The notes below the pieces were generated by a model. It was not told the origin of the DNA and did no database searches. It saw only the letters and a program-made list of their open reading frames with translations. From Candidatus Galloscillospira excrementipullorum (GTDB taxonomy: Bacteria > Bacillota > Clostridia > Oscillospirales > Feifaniaceae), in NCBI GenBank assembly GCA_018714125.1, contig DVNV01000002.1, positions 7,337 to 71,336 of the forward strand: DNA of 64,000 nt. The letters are read 5' to 3'. Shown one piece after another: positions 46,966 through 57,700 of this stretch (the stretch's first letter is position 1; every line of letters begins with the position of its first letter). The position numbers and the translations under genes were made by a program.

Positions 46966-47967
46966 ATGTCAGATGCAAAAAAGAAAAATCTCGATTTTTT
47001 GATGATATCGGGTCGCATTAAGAGTAGAGAAGTTCGTCTGGTCAGCACGCAGACAGTGGATAAGCTGATTGACGCGCCGGACATGAGCGAGGTGCTCAAG
47101 ATTCTCAGTGAGCACGGCTATGATGTGAGCGGTCTGGTGGGAGACGAGAAGAACCTGAGCGCCCTGTTGTGCGAGAGGGACCGTGCGGAGACCGCCTCGG
47201 TCGTCACGCAGGCGGGCCAGGGCCTGTTTGACAGCTTTTTGTATCCCAACGACTATCACAACCTGAAGGTGGCTTTGAAAAATGAGCTGCTCAGTGATCC
47301 GAGAGAGATTTTTATGACAGGCGGCAGCATTCCCGTGGAGGTTGTGCGGGAAGCCGTGAAAAACCGCGAATTCAAGCCCCTGACCGATTTGATGGGACGC
47401 GGCGTGGAGGAGGCCCTGGAGGCCTACAACCGCACCGGGAACTCCCAGATGATTGACATTGTGCTTGACCGCTACTGTTTCAAGGACATGGCCAAGGTTG
47501 CCGAGAAGGTTGGAAACGATTTTCTGACCGGCTATGTCCGCACCCTGGTCGACGTGGCCAACGTCAAGGCGCTGCTGCGGCTGCGCAAGATGGGCAAGTC
47601 GCCCGAGTTTGCCGCGCAGGTCTTCTTTGAAGGAGGCAACGCCACACCGGAGCGCTTCACCGCGGCCTACAGTGCGACCGACGACGAGCTGCCCTCCCTG
47701 CTGGGCGGGGCAGCGGGGCTGATGCAAAAGGCCCTGGCCGAGATTTCCAGCGGAAGCGGCATGTCCGGATTTGAGCTCTTCTGCGACAACTACCTGATGG
47801 ACTACATCAAAAATGCCAAGTACATTCCCTATGGGGCGGAGGTTCCCATGGCCTATCTGCTGGCCAAGGAGACCGAGTACAAGGTTGTCAGCATGGTTCT
47901 CGCCGGGCGGCAGACGGGGCTGTCTGCAAATTCTATCAAAGAAAGGTTGAGAGCGCTGTATGTATAA
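46966..47967 (+). CDS. ntpC: V-type ATPase subunit C (d-like)
   Basis: 333 aa and helical. Its position is between E and F. Confidence 0.8.
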   Translation: MSDAKKKNLDFLMISGRIKSREVRLVSTQTVDKLIDAPDMSEVLKILSEHGYDVSGLVGDEKNLSALLCERDRAETASVVTQAGQGLFDSFLYPNDYHNLKVALKNELLSDPREIFMTGGSIPVEVVREAVKNREFKPLTDLMGRGVEEALEAYNRTGNSQMIDIVLDRYCFKDMAKVAEKVGNDFLTGYVRTLVDVANVKALLRLRKMGKSPEFAAQVFFEGGNATPERFTAAYSATDDELPSLLGGAAGLMQKALAEISSGSGMSGFELFCDNYLMDYIKNAKYIPYGAEVPMAYLLAKETEYKVVSMVLAGRQTGLSANSIKERLRALYV

Positions 47968-48274
47968 AATCGGTGTCATTGGCGACCGCGAATCCGTACA
48001 GGGGTTTACGGCTCTCGGCCTGACCACGTTTGCCGTAACGGGTCCCGAGGAAGCAAACGCTGTCCTCAAGAGCCCGGAGGCGCTGGAATATGCCGTGCTG
48101 TTTATTACGGAGACGCTTGCCGCCTCGTGTGAGCATGCCATTGCGCTCCACCGCCAGAGCCGCACCCCCGCAATCATTTTGATTCCCGGCAAGGACGGCA
48201 GTTTGGGAATCGGCTTGAGCAACGTGTCCAAGCGCGTTGAAAAAGCCGTCGGCTCCAACATCCTTGGAGATTAA
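47960..48274 (+). CDS. ntpG: V-type ATPase subunit F (NtpG in E. hirae nomenclature)
   Basis: 104 aa. MYKIGVIGDRESVQGFTALGL is typical of the F subunit. Confidence 0.85.
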   Translation: MYKIGVIGDRESVQGFTALGLTTFAVTGPEEANAVLKSPEALEYAVLFITETLAASCEHAIALHRQSRTPAIILIPGKDGSLGIGLSNVSKRVEKAVGSNILGD

Positions 48275-48292
48275 GTGAAAGATGGTGAGTAT

Positions 48293-50062
48293 ATGATTGA
48301 AGGAAAAGTCATAAAAATCTCCGGTCCTCTGGTCGTTGCCGGCGGCATGCGTGAGGCAAACCTCTTCGATGTCGTGCGTGTCGGCAAGAATCGGCTCATC
48401 GGCGAAATCATCGAAATGAGAGGCGACCAGGCTTCCATTCAGGTTTATGAGGAAACCGCAGGCCTCAAGCCGGGCGATATCGTGGTGTCCACCGGCGCTC
48501 CTCTGTCGGTGGAGCTGGCCCCCGGCCTGATTGGCGGTATGTATGATGGGATTCAGCGCTCCCTGAGCGCCATCAAGGCGGCTTCCGGTTCCAACAACCT
48601 GCCCCGTGGCGTTGATGTCACGGCGGTGGATCGCGAGAAAAAGTGGCACTTTGTGCCCACTGTTTCTGCCGGTGCGAAGGTTGTCCCCGGCGACATTATC
48701 GGCACCGTGCAGGAGACCGGCCCTGTTCTCCACAAGATTATGATTCCTCTGGGTGTCGAGGGCACCGTGGAATCCATCACCGAGGGCGACTTCACGGTTG
48801 TGGACTGCATTGCCAAGGTCAAGACCGACAAGGGCACCGTGGACGTGAAGATGCTGCAGAGCACGCCCGTTCGTAAATCCCGCCCCTACAAGGCAAAGCT
48901 GATGCCCAAGAAGCCCATGACCACGGGCCAGCGCGTGATTGACACGCTCTTCCCGGTGGCAAAGGGCGGCACGGCCGCCGTCCCCGGCCCCTTCGGCTCG
49001 GGCAAGACGGTTGTGCAGCATGCGCTTGCCAAGTGGAGCGACGTGGACATCGTGGTTTACATCGGCTGCGGCGAGCGCGGCAACGAGATGACCGACGTGC
49101 TTCGTGAGTTCCCCGAGCTCATCGACCCGCGCACCGGTGAATCCCTGATGAACCGTACCATTCTGATTGCCAACACCTCCGATATGCCCGTTGCGGCCCG
49201 CGAGGCATCCATTTACACCGGCATCACCATTGCCGAGTATTTCCGCGACATGGGTTATTCCGTCGCCATCATGGCCGACTCCACCTCCCGTTGGGCCGAG
49301 GCTCTGCGTGAGATGTCGGGCCGCCTTGAGGAAATGCCCGGTGAAGAAGGTTACCCGGCTTACCTGACCTCCCGTCTGGCGCAGTTCTATGAGCGTGCCG
49401 GCCGCGTCAAGTGCCTGGGCAGTGACGACCGCGAGGGCGATTTGACGGCCATCGGCGCCGTGTCCCCCGCCGGCGGTGACCTTTCTGAGCCTGTTGCACA
49501 GGCGACCATGCGTATCGTCAAGGTGTTCTGGAGCCTTGACTCGGCGCTGGCCTATAAGCGCCACTTCCCCGCCATCAACTGGCTGACCAGTTACTCGCTG
49601 TATTCCGACAGCATGGGCCAGTGGCTTAACGACAACGTTGACCCCAACTGGACTGCCATGCGCAGCCGCGCCATGAACCTGCTCCAGCAGGAGGCCGAGC
49701 TCGAGGAAATTGTCCAGCTGGTCGGCGTGGACGCGCTGTCTGCCGAAGACCGCATGGTGCTGGAAGTCACCCGCTCCATCCGTGAGGACTATATCCAGCA
49801 AAATGCGTTTGACGACAACGACGCTTTCTCCACCTATGACAAGCAGGCCAAGATGCTGGCCCTGGTGCTCAGCTACTACGATGTTTGCCTTGACGCTCTG
49901 CGCAAGGGCGCACACCTGGACGACCTGATTGGGCTGCCCGTGCGCGAGCGCATTGCCCGTGCCAAGGAAGTGCCTCAGGAGAAGGTTGACGAGGTCTTTG
50001 CTGAAATCAGCGCCCTTCTGAAGCAGCAGGCTGCAGAGACGCTTGGAAAGGAGGAGGACTAA
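48293..50062 (+). CDS. ntpA: V-type ATPase catalytic subunit A
   Basis: The P-loop is [19 protein letters not shown] is also present. The length (about 589 aa) shows there is no intein. Confidence 0.95.
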   Translation: MIEGKVIKISGPLVVAGGMREANLFDVVRVGKNRLIGEIIEMRGDQASIQVYEETAGLKPGDIVVSTGAPLSVELAPGLIGGMYDGIQRSLSAIKAASGSNNLPRGVDVTAVDREKKWHFVPTVSAGAKVVPGDIIGTVQETGPVLHKIMIPLGVEGTVESITEGDFTVVDCIAKVKTDKGTVDVKMLQSTPVRKSRPYKAKLMPKKPMTTGQRVIDTLFPVAKGGTAAVPGPFGSGKTVVQHALAKWSDVDIVVYIGCGERGNEMTDVLREFPELIDPRTGESLMNRTILIANTSDMPVAAREASIYTGITIAEYFRDMGYSVAIMADSTSRWAEALREMSGRLEEMPGEEGYPAYLTSRLAQFYERAGRVKCLGSDDREGDLTAIGAVSPAGGDLSEPVAQATMRIVKVFWSLDSALAYKRHFPAINWLTSYSLYSDSMGQWLNDNVDPNWTAMRSRAMNLLQQEAELEEIVQLVGVDALSAEDRMVLEVTRSIREDYIQQNAFDDNDAFSTYDKQAKMLALVLSYYDVCLDALRKGAHLDDLIGLPVRERIARAKEVPQEKVDEVFAEISALLKQQAAETLGKEED

Positions 50063-51438
50063 TGCCCAGAGAATACAGAACCATTCAGGAGGTCTCCGGT
50101 CCTCTGATGCTGGTCAAAAAGGTACAGGACGTTGCATATGATGAGCTCGGCGAGATTGAGCTGGAAAACGGTGAAATCCGTCGCTGCAAGGTTCTGCAGG
50201 TCGATGGAGATAACGTCCTCGTTCAGCTCTTTGACGCTGCTGCGGGCCTGAACCTGAGCTCGTCCAAAGTCCGTTTCCTGGGAAGAAGCCTTGACCTGCC
50301 CGTCTCCAAGGACATGCTGGGCCGCGTTTTCTCCGGAATGGGCGACCCCATTGACGATGGCCCCGCCATCATTGCCGACAAGAGAATGGATATCAACGGC
50401 CTTCCGCTCAACCCCGTGGCCCGCGACTATCCTTCCGAGTTTATCCAGACCGGTGTTTCGGCCATTGACGGCCTGAACACCCTGGTCCGTGGACAGAAGC
50501 TGCCCATCTTCTCCGGCTCCGGCCTGCCGCACGCCGAGCTGGCTGCGCAGATTGCGCGTCAGGCCCGTGTGCTGGGCGGTCAGTCCAACTTCGCCGTTGT
50601 CTTCGCGGCCATCGGCATCACCTTCGAAGAGGCCGACTTCTTCATTTCCGACTTCCGCAGAACGGGAGCCATTGACAGAACCGTCCTCTTCATCAACCTG
50701 GCCAACGACCCCGCCATTGAGCGTATTTCCACACCCCGTATGGCGCTGACGGCAGCCGAATATCTGGCCTACGAGTGCGACATGCACGTGCTGGTCATCC
50801 TGACCGATATCACCAACTATGCCGAGGCTCTTCGTGAGGTCTCCGCCGCGCGTAAGGAAGTCCCCGGACGCCGTGGCTACCCCGGCAACATGTATTCCGA
50901 CCTGGCCAGCATGTATGAGCGCGCCGGCAAGGTGGAGGGAAAAGCGGGTTCCATCACCATGATCCCGATTCTCACCATGCCCGAAGACGACAAGACGCAC
51001 CCCATCCCCGACCTCACCGGTTACATCACCGAGGGTCAGATCATCCTGTCCCGTGAGCTCTACCGCAAGGGCATCATGCCTCCCATCGACGTGCTTCCCT
51101 CGCTGTCGCGTCTGAAGGATAAAGGCGTCGGCGTCGGCAAGACCCGTGAGGACCATGCCAACACCATGAACCAGCTCTTCGCCGCTTACTCCAGAGGTAA
51201 GGATGCAAAGGAGCTCATGTCCATTCTCGGTGAAGCGGCTCTGACGCAGATTGACCTGCTCTATGCCCAGTTTGCCGAGGAGTTTGAGCAAAAGTACGTC
51301 TCGCAGGGCTACAACACCAACCGTACCATTGAGGAGACCCTCGACATCGGCTGGGAGCTGCTGTCCATTCTGCCCAAGAGCGAGCTCAAGCGTATCAAGC
51401 AGGATTTGATTGAGAAATATTATCCCGAGAAAGAATAA
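50062..51438 (+). CDS. ntpB: V-type ATPase subunit B
   Basis: TAATG overlap with [18 protein letters not shown] and ITEGQI are present. Confidence 0.95.
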   Translation: MPREYRTIQEVSGPLMLVKKVQDVAYDELGEIELENGEIRRCKVLQVDGDNVLVQLFDAAAGLNLSSSKVRFLGRSLDLPVSKDMLGRVFSGMGDPIDDGPAIIADKRMDINGLPLNPVARDYPSEFIQTGVSAIDGLNTLVRGQKLPIFSGSGLPHAELAAQIARQARVLGGQSNFAVVFAAIGITFEEADFFISDFRRTGAIDRTVLFINLANDPAIERISTPRMALTAAEYLAYECDMHVLVILTDITNYAEALREVSAARKEVPGRRGYPGNMYSDLASMYERAGKVEGKAGSITMIPILTMPEDDKTHPIPDLTGYITEGQIILSRELYRKGIMPPIDVLPSLSRLKDKGVGVGKTREDHANTMNQLFAAYSRGKDAKELMSILGEAALTQIDLLYAQFAEEFEQKYVSQGYNTNRTIEETLDIGWELLSILPKSELKRIKQDLIEKYYPEKE

Positions 51439-51451
51439 GGGGGTGTAGCAA

Positions 51452-52129
51452 GTGGCGAGAATCAATGTCAATCCGACTCGTCAGGAGCTGACACGCCTGA
51501 AGAAGCGCCTCAAGACCTCCCAGCGCGGACACAAGCTGCTCAAGGATAAGCGCGACGAACTCATGAAGCAATTTCTCGACCTGGTGCGCAAGAACAAGGC
51601 ACTGCGCCAGTCGGTGGAGGAAAAGCTCATGCAGGCGCACGGCAGCTTTGTGCTGGCAGCTGCCTCCATGAGTGAGGAGAGCCTGGCAGAAGCGCTGATG
51701 TGCCCCCGCCAGACCGTTTCGGTGGATATGGAAGTGAAGAATATCATGTCGGTCAACGTGCCCGTGTTCCATTTCTCCATGGAGGGCGACAGCAGCGACA
51801 TCTATCCTTACGGCTTCGGATTCACCTCCGGTGAACTGGACAACGCCGTCGGCTTTCTCGGCGACGTGCTGCAGGAGCTGCTGGAATTGGCGCAGCTTGA
51901 GAAATCCGCTGAATTGATGAGCGACGAGATTGAAAAAACCCGCCGCCGCGTCAATGCGCTGGAGTATGTCATGATTCCGAATCTGCAGGAGACCATTCGT
52001 TACATCACCATGAAGCTCGAAGAGAATGAGCGCGGCAATACAACCCGCCTCATGAAGGTGAAGGACATGATGATTGCCGAGCAGATTCAAGCCAGCCAGC
52101 AGGAGCGGGAGGCTTCTGCAGGCAGCTGA
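51452..52129 (+). CDS. ntpD: V-type ATPase central-stalk subunit D
   Basis: GTG start. INVNPTRQELTRLKKRLKTSQRGHKLLKDKRDEL is the D-subunit N-terminus. Confidence 0.9.
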   Translation: MARINVNPTRQELTRLKKRLKTSQRGHKLLKDKRDELMKQFLDLVRKNKALRQSVEEKLMQAHGSFVLAAASMSEESLAEALMCPRQTVSVDMEVKNIMSVNVPVFHFSMEGDSSDIYPYGFGFTSGELDNAVGFLGDVLQELLELAQLEKSAELMSDEIEKTRRRVNALEYVMIPNLQETIRYITMKLEENERGNTTRLMKVKDMMIAEQIQASQQEREASAGS

Positions 52130-52159
52130 CGATTCAAGGCTCCGTGAAACGACAATCCA

Positions 52160-52191
52160 AAAAGGGCCCCCGTTTTTTCGGGGGCCCTTTT
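52160..52191. terminator. Bidirectional intrinsic terminator (V-ATPase operon / LD-carboxypeptidase)
   Basis: AAAAGGGCCCCCG tttttt CGGGGGCCCTTTT. Confidence 0.85.
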
Positions 52192-52251
52192 GCTTTTCTA
52201 GGGGAAGCCTTGGAAAAGGGGAGGGAGGCCATCTTGGTGGCGCGGCAAGAG

Positions 52252-53289
52252 TCACAGCACGCCAGCCTCCAAAAGCGAGAGGGAAGGGCTGCCGCAGTCA
52301 ATTTCCGCCAGAACACCGTAGGGCAGCGTGACCATGGGCTGGTTGTGCCCGAAGGAGGCGTTGCAAAGCACGGGAAGGTCCGCCAGGCCGTATTCCTCCA
52401 GGACCTTGAGGATGGCCTCGTGATAGGCCTCCGCAAAAATTTCCTGGTAGGGTTTTGCAAACACCAGCCCCCGGATGCGCTGCAAAATGCCCATGGCGCC
52501 ATAATTGCGCAGGGCATAGAGGAGCTGCGTGGGCTGCGATGTGTCTTCCGAGGTTTCGAGAAACAAAATGGTGTCTTCAAAGGCTTCGGTATCCGGCCAC
52601 AGGGGCGTGCCCTTTGCCATTTCCAGCACCTCCATGCAGCCGCCCCACAGCCGTCCCCGGGCACGTCCCTTTCCGCACAGCACAAGGTAGGGGGTGTTTG
52701 GCTGCATGGCTTTTGGCGTGGTGCTGTTGGATTGCGTCCACTCGATGCGCTCCCCCGTCCACTCCGGGGAGCAGGGCAGGCAACCTGCGGGGGTATTGTC
52801 AAAGAGTGCGCGCTTTAGGTACTCCAGCGAAAAAGGAAACATCTGCACATTTTCAGCAAATTCGGCCAGGATGCTGGGCCCGTAGAAGCTGGAAAGTCCG
52901 GCCCTGGCGCACATCAGGTGTGAGATTGTCGTGTCGGAGTATCCCAAAAAGACCTTGGGGTTTGCGGCAATGACGTCAAAGTCGATGAAGGGGAGCAGCC
53001 GGATGCTGTCGTCCCCGCCGATGCAGGAGAAAATCCCCTTGATGCGGGAGTCGGAAAAGGCCTGCATGAGGTCGCGGGCACGCGCTTCGGGATGGCGGTA
53101 GAGAAACTCAGACCCCGCGAGAGTGTGGGGCATTTCAACGACAGTTAGTCCCAAAAGCTCCCGGATGCGCTGCTTTCCAAGCTCGTAGCGCCACAAAAGC
53201 TCCGCGTCTCCCGCGCCGCCCCAGGAGAGGCTTACGGCCGCCACAGTGTCGCCCGGCCTCAGACGGGCCGGCTTTTGCAGAGGTTTCAT
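52252..53289 (-). CDS. LD-carboxypeptidase family protein (peptidase S66, LdcA/MccF-like)
   Basis: Start at MKPLQKPARLRPGDTVAAVS after the SD GGGAGGTG. IGGDDSIRLL and the nucleophile-Ser region GYSDTT are present. Confidence 0.85.
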   Translation of the reverse strand: MKPLQKPARLRPGDTVAAVSLSWGGAGDAELLWRYELGKQRIRELLGLTVVEMPHTLAGSEFLYRHPEARARDLMQAFSDSRIKGIFSCIGGDDSIRLLPFIDFDVIAANPKVFLGYSDTTISHLMCARAGLSSFYGPSILAEFAENVQMFPFSLEYLKRALFDNTPAGCLPCSPEWTGERIEWTQSNSTTPKAMQPNTPYLVLCGKGRARGRLWGGCMEVLEMAKGTPLWPDTEAFEDTILFLETSEDTSQPTQLLYALRNYGAMGILQRIRGLVFAKPYQEIFAEAYHEAILKVLEEYGLADLPVLCNASFGHNQPMVTLPYGVLAEIDCGSPSLSLLEAGVL

Positions 53290-53372
53290 GGGATGTTCAC
53301 CTCCCTGAAAATTTTGAAAACAGTTTAACACAAAAGAAAAAGCCCCTCAAGGGCGTTAAAGGACCTGCACAC

Positions 53373-53404
53373 AAAAAGGGCGGCAAAATCCTTTGCCGCC
53401 CTTT
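53373..53404 (-). terminator. Intrinsic terminator of the small ORF (minus strand)
   Basis: On the minus strand: AAAGGGCGGCAAAggatTTTGCCGCCCTTTTT. Confidence 0.8.
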
Positions 53405-53415
53405 GCCGGTGTCTG

Positions 53416-53592
53416 TTAAAATGCGTCAGAAATCAGGTCGGTCAGCGAATCGGCAACCTCGCCGACAGCGCGCATCGCGGAATTGACCTTGCGGCGCATC
53501 TTGCGCGAATTGTATGCCGGGCTCATCATGCCGGCAGCCATGCCAATGGCTGCCATGGTGACGACGCCGGCAATCACGGTACCGGTTTTCAT
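53416..53592 (-). CDS. 58-aa hypothetical small membrane protein (below the ORF-track length cutoff)
   Basis: My translation is MKTGTVIAGVVTMAAIGMAAGMMSPAYNSRKMRRKVNSAMRAVGEVADSLTDLISDAF. The SD AAGGAGGG lies 7 nt upstream. It has its own terminator and one predicted TM helix. Confidence 0.55.
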   Translation of the reverse strand: MKTGTVIAGVVTMAAIGMAAGMMSPAYNSRKMRRKVNSAMRAVGEVADSLTDLISDAF

Positions 53593-53714
53593 GGCAATGC
53601 CCTCCTTGTGTTCCTTGTGTTTTGGTTGCGTGCAAGCCGCACGTTTTCAGTATGCCCCTTGAGGGCGGGAGGATGTCTTGAAAGTCTTGGTGAAAGAGGA
53701 TGCCCACGAGACTC

Positions 53715-53744
53715 TTGACAAAGAGAGCATCGATAAAGTATACT
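53715..53744 (+). promoter_or_regulatory. SigmaA-like promoter of the rrf2-family gene
   Basis: TTGACA (53715-53720), an 18-nt spacer, then TATACT (53739-53744). Confidence 0.5.
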
Positions 53745-53813
53745 ATTTTTGTTGTAGTTTTGAGCGTGACCGGCAGGGCCTGCACCCTGTCGTCTGAAGA
53801 AGGGAGAAGTCTC

Positions 53814-54317
53814 GTGAGGATTACACAGGAAGCCGACTACGCTGTTCGGATTATCTACTATCTTGCCGTTGCAGGGGAGAAAAGCGACGCCAAAACCATA
53901 GCGGAAAACGTCGGGATTTCAACCCGCTTTGCGCTGAAAATTTTGGGGAAACTCAGCCAGTATGATTTTATCACGTCGTTTAAGGGCGCCGGCGGCGGCT
54001 ATATTTTGGCCCATGAGCCCAAGGACATCACGCTGCTTCAGGTGGTTTCCGCCATCGACGGCCCCATTGCCATCAACAAATGCCTGATGTCGGAGGAGGC
54101 CTGCGCCCACAGCACCAGCCACATGTTCGGCTGCCCCTTCCGCCGTGTGTTTGACGAGGTCAGCCGTGACATTGAGGCCGCGCTCGACAAAATCACCTTT
54201 GCCCGCTTTATCGAGGAGAGCACCAAAGTGTGTACGGGATGGGTGGAACAGGCAGAGAAAAAGGCCGCCCCCAAAGAGAGCCTCAAAGCGGAGGAAGGCG
54301 CCTGCGCAGGCCAGTAA
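53814..54317 (+). CDS. Rrf2-family transcriptional regulator (three-Cys, probable Fe-S type)
   Basis: GTG start. VRITQEADYAVRIIYYLA...TIAENVGISTRFALKILGKL is the wHTH. The Cys motif CLMSEEACAHSTSHMFGC has CX6CX9C spacing. Confidence 0.9.
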   Translation: MRITQEADYAVRIIYYLAVAGEKSDAKTIAENVGISTRFALKILGKLSQYDFITSFKGAGGGYILAHEPKDITLLQVVSAIDGPIAINKCLMSEEACAHSTSHMFGCPFRRVFDEVSRDIEAALDKITFARFIEESTKVCTGWVEQAEKKAAPKESLKAEEGACAGQ

Positions 54318-54359
54318 AAAAAACAGTTAAAAAATGTCTTCAAACGAGGAAAAACACCT

Positions 54360-54391
54360 CTGCCGGAAGCTTTTGCTCCGGCAGATTTTTT
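54360..54391 (+). terminator. Intrinsic terminator after rrf2
   Basis: CTGCCGGAAGC tttt GCTCCGGCAG (one bulged A) followed by ATTTTTT. Confidence 0.8.
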
Positions 54392-54402
54392 ATCAAAAAA
54401 GA

Positions 54403-54431
54403 TTGACAATAACAGTTTGTTATGGTATCTT
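54403..54431 (+). promoter_or_regulatory. SigmaA-like promoter upstream of rpoB
   Basis: TTGACA (54403-54408), a 17-nt spacer ending in TGg, then TATCTT (54426-54431). Confidence 0.55.
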
Positions 54432-54491
54432 ATTAAAATGTATCATAATGGATTGGTGTGCGCCTGTTAGAATGGGATGTTTTAATTTGTG

Positions 54492-54531
54492 CATTATTGC
54501 AGAAATTTTGAATAAAATTTCTGCAATAATG
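54492..54531. repeat. Perfect 18-bp AT-rich inverted repeat in the rpoB leader
   Basis: CATTATTGCAGAAATTTT gaat AAAATTTCTGCAATAATG. Confidence 0.75.
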
Positions 54532-54703
54532 ACGAAAGAAAACCAAAAAAGTGGGCAAAGCACCCAAATACGTCAAAAAAATCCGAATTTCCCGGGCAGT
54601 GGAAAAGAAGAGACTCCCGGAACGGTGTGAGAAAGTTTCAAAAAACGGACCTGCGCAATCGGTGCGCAGAAAGCAAACGGCAAAAAAATTCAGTTTTGGA
54701 GTG

Positions 54704-57700
54704 ATGAAATCTATGCCTAAGACCGTGACGCTTGGCAGAAATCAGAGGCTGAGTTTCTCCAAGATCGAGGAAATTCAGAGCATGCCAAACCTGATTGAGA
54801 TTCAGAAAAAATCTTATCAATGGTTTATCGAGCAGGGCCTCAAAGAGGTCTTTGACGACGTTGCATACATCTCCGATTATGCCGGCAACCTGGTTTTGAA
54901 GTTCATTGACTACAAAATGGAAGACACTCCGAAATACACGGTCATGGAGTGCAAGGAGCGCGATGCGACCTATGCCGCGCCGCTTAAAGTTCGGGTGCAG
55001 CTTGTCAACCGTGAGACGATGGAAGTCAAGGAGCAGGAGATTTTCATGGGCGACTTCCCGCTCATGACCGAAAGCGGGACCTTCATCATCAACGGCGCGG
55101 AGCGCGTGATTGTTTCACAGCTTGTGCGCTCGCCCGGTATTTATTATGACATCGTGAGGGACAAAAGCGGCATGCCGCTTTATTCCACCACCATCATTCC
55201 CAACCGAGGCGCCTGGATTGAGTATGAGACCGACAGCGCCGGTGTTTACTATGTCCGTATCGACAAAAACAGGAAAATCCCCGCCACGGTGCTGCTGCGC
55301 TGCTTTGGCCTTGAGACCGACGACCAGATTGTCGAGCTTTTTGGCAGTGAAGAGCATGTGCTGGCCACCATTGAGAAGGATTCGACCAAGACGGGGGACG
55401 ACGCGCTGCTCGAGCTCTACCGCAAGCTGCGCCCCGGCGAGCCGCCCACGGTGGAGAGCTCCCGCCAGCTCCTGACCAGCATGTTTTTTGACGTGCGGCG
55501 CTACGACCTGCCGCGCGTGGGGCGCTTCAAGTACAACCAGAAGATGGCGCTTGGCCCGCGCATCGCGGGAAAAGTGCTTGCGCAGCCGGTGGTCGCGCCC
55601 CTGACGGGCGAAGTGGTGGCCGAGGTGGACGGAAGGCCTCTGACCAAGGAAAAGGCACGGGCCATCGAGCGCAGTGGCGTCTCCACCGTCTATCTTCAGG
55701 TGGAGGACGCGGTGGTCAAGGTCTTTTCCAACGGCATGGTGGACCTTGACGCCTTTGTCGACATCAGCGAGCAGGAGTGCCGTGAGCTGGGGCTGACCGA
55801 GAAGGTCAGCTTCAAGGTGCTGTGCGAAATTCTCGAGCAGGTGGGGGAGGACGACCCCGAGGCGCTGCGCCAGGCTCTGGTCGAGCGCATGGACGACCTC
55901 ATCCCCAAGCACATCATTGTGGACGATGTGTTTGCCTCCTTCAACTATCTTATCTGCCTGTCGTATGACATCGGCACGACCGACGACATCGACCATCTGG
56001 GCAACCGCCGCATCCGCTCTGTGGGCGAGCTGCTGCAAAATCAGTTCCGCATCGGCCTGTCGCGCATGGAGCGCGTCATCCGCGAGCGCATGACGACGCA
56101 AAATCTCGACATTATCACGCCGCAGGCCCTCATCAATATCCGTCCGGTGGTGGCCTCCATCAAGGAGTTTTTCGGCTCTTCGCCGCTCTCTCAGTTCATG
56201 GACCAGACCAACCCCTTGGCCGAGCTGACGTGCAAGCGCCGCCTCTCGGCCCTCGGCCCGGGCGGCCTCTCGCGTGACCGCGCCGGATTTGAGGTGCGCG
56301 ACGTCCACTATACCCACTATGGGCGCATGTGCCCCATTGAGACGCCGGAAGGCCCCAACATCGGCCTGATTTCCTACCTTTCCACCTATGCGCGCATCAA
56401 TGAATACGGCTTTATCGAGGCGCCCTACCGCCGTGTGGACAAGGAGACCGGCCGCGTGACCAACGAGGTGGTCTACATGACCGCCGACATGGAAGACGAA
56501 TATATCGTGGCGCAGGCCTCCGAGCCTCTGGATGACGAGATGCGCTTTGTCAACCGCCGTGTGGCGGCGCGTCACCGCGACGAGATTCTCGAGATTGACC
56601 GTGAGCGCATCGACTTCATGGACATCTCGCCGCGCATGGTGGTCTCGGTGGCGACGGCCATGATTCCCTTTTTGGAAAACGACGACGCCAACCGTGCGCT
56701 GATGGGCTCCAACATGCAGCGTCAGGCAGTGCCTCTGCTGCGCACCCAGTCGCCTATTGTGGGCACCGGTATGGAGTATAAGGCGGCCGTCGACTCGGGC
56801 GTCTGCGTGCTGGCAAAGCATGCCGGCGTGGTCAGCCAGGTCAGTGCCGACAGCATCACGATTGACGCGGGCGACGACGGCATCGACGAGTATCATCTCA
56901 TCAAATTCCTGCGCTCCAACCAGGGCACCTGCATCAACCAGAAGCCCATCGTGGACGTGGGGCAGCGCGTGGAGCAGGGCGAGGTCATTGCCGACGGTCC
57001 CTCCACCCAAAACGGCGAGATTGCCCTTGGACGCAATGTGCTGATTGGCTTTATGACCTGGGAGGGCTTCAACTATGAGGACGCCGTGCTGCTCAACGAG
57101 AAGCTGGTGCGCGACGATATCTTCACCTCCATTCATATCGAGGAGTATGAGATTGAAGAACGCGATACCAAGCTGGGCAGCGAGGAAATTACCCGGGACA
57201 TCCCCGGCCTGTCGGAGGATGCGCGCAAGGACCTTGACGCAAACGGCATCATCCGCGTGGGCGCCGAGGTTCATTCGGGCGACATCCTGGTCGGCAAGAT
57301 TACGCCCAAGGGCGAGACCGAGCTGACGGCGGAGGAGCGCCTGCTGCGCGCCATTTTCGGCGAGAAGGTGCGCGAGGTGCGCGATACCTCGCTCAAGGTG
57401 CCGCACGGCGAATACGGCATCGTGGTCGACGTCAAGGTGTTCGACCGCGAGAAGGGCGACGAGATGGCGCCCGGAATCAACAAGATTGTGCGCTGCTATG
57501 TGGCGCAGAAGAGAAAAATCTCGGTGGGCGACAAGATGGCCGGACGCCACGGAAACAAGGGCGTTGTGTCGCGCGTGCTGCCGCAGGAGGATATGCCATT
57601 CCTGCCCGACGGCACCCCGCTTGACATCGTGCTCAACCCGCTCGGCGTGCCGTCGCGCATGAACATCGGGCAGGTGCTGGAAGTCCACCTTGGCCTTGCG

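Noticed and set aside
48293-50062. I checked for inteins or large insertions in V-ATPase A, DnaE, RecG and RpoB/C.
   Set aside because: All lengths are canonical (about 589, 1162, 677, 1234 and 1196 aa). The conserved motifs are contiguous.
53426-53785. A 119-aa track ORF on the minus strand, between the LD-carboxypeptidase and rrf2.
   Set aside because: Its composition is implausible (runs of R/H/C/G), and it spans the rrf2 promoter. A different frame gives a well-formed 58-aa ORF with an SD and a terminator.
54551-54703. A GTG at 54551 would add 51 aa to RpoB. Similar N-terminal extensions appear in the track for cytX, thiD, typA, pfkA, spoIVB, carD, recG, the radical-SAM gene, the rseC-like gene and the LD-carboxypeptidase gene.
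   Set aside because: These extensions have no SD. They run through promoters, terminators or the riboswitch. The conserved N-termini begin at internal starts that do have good SDs.
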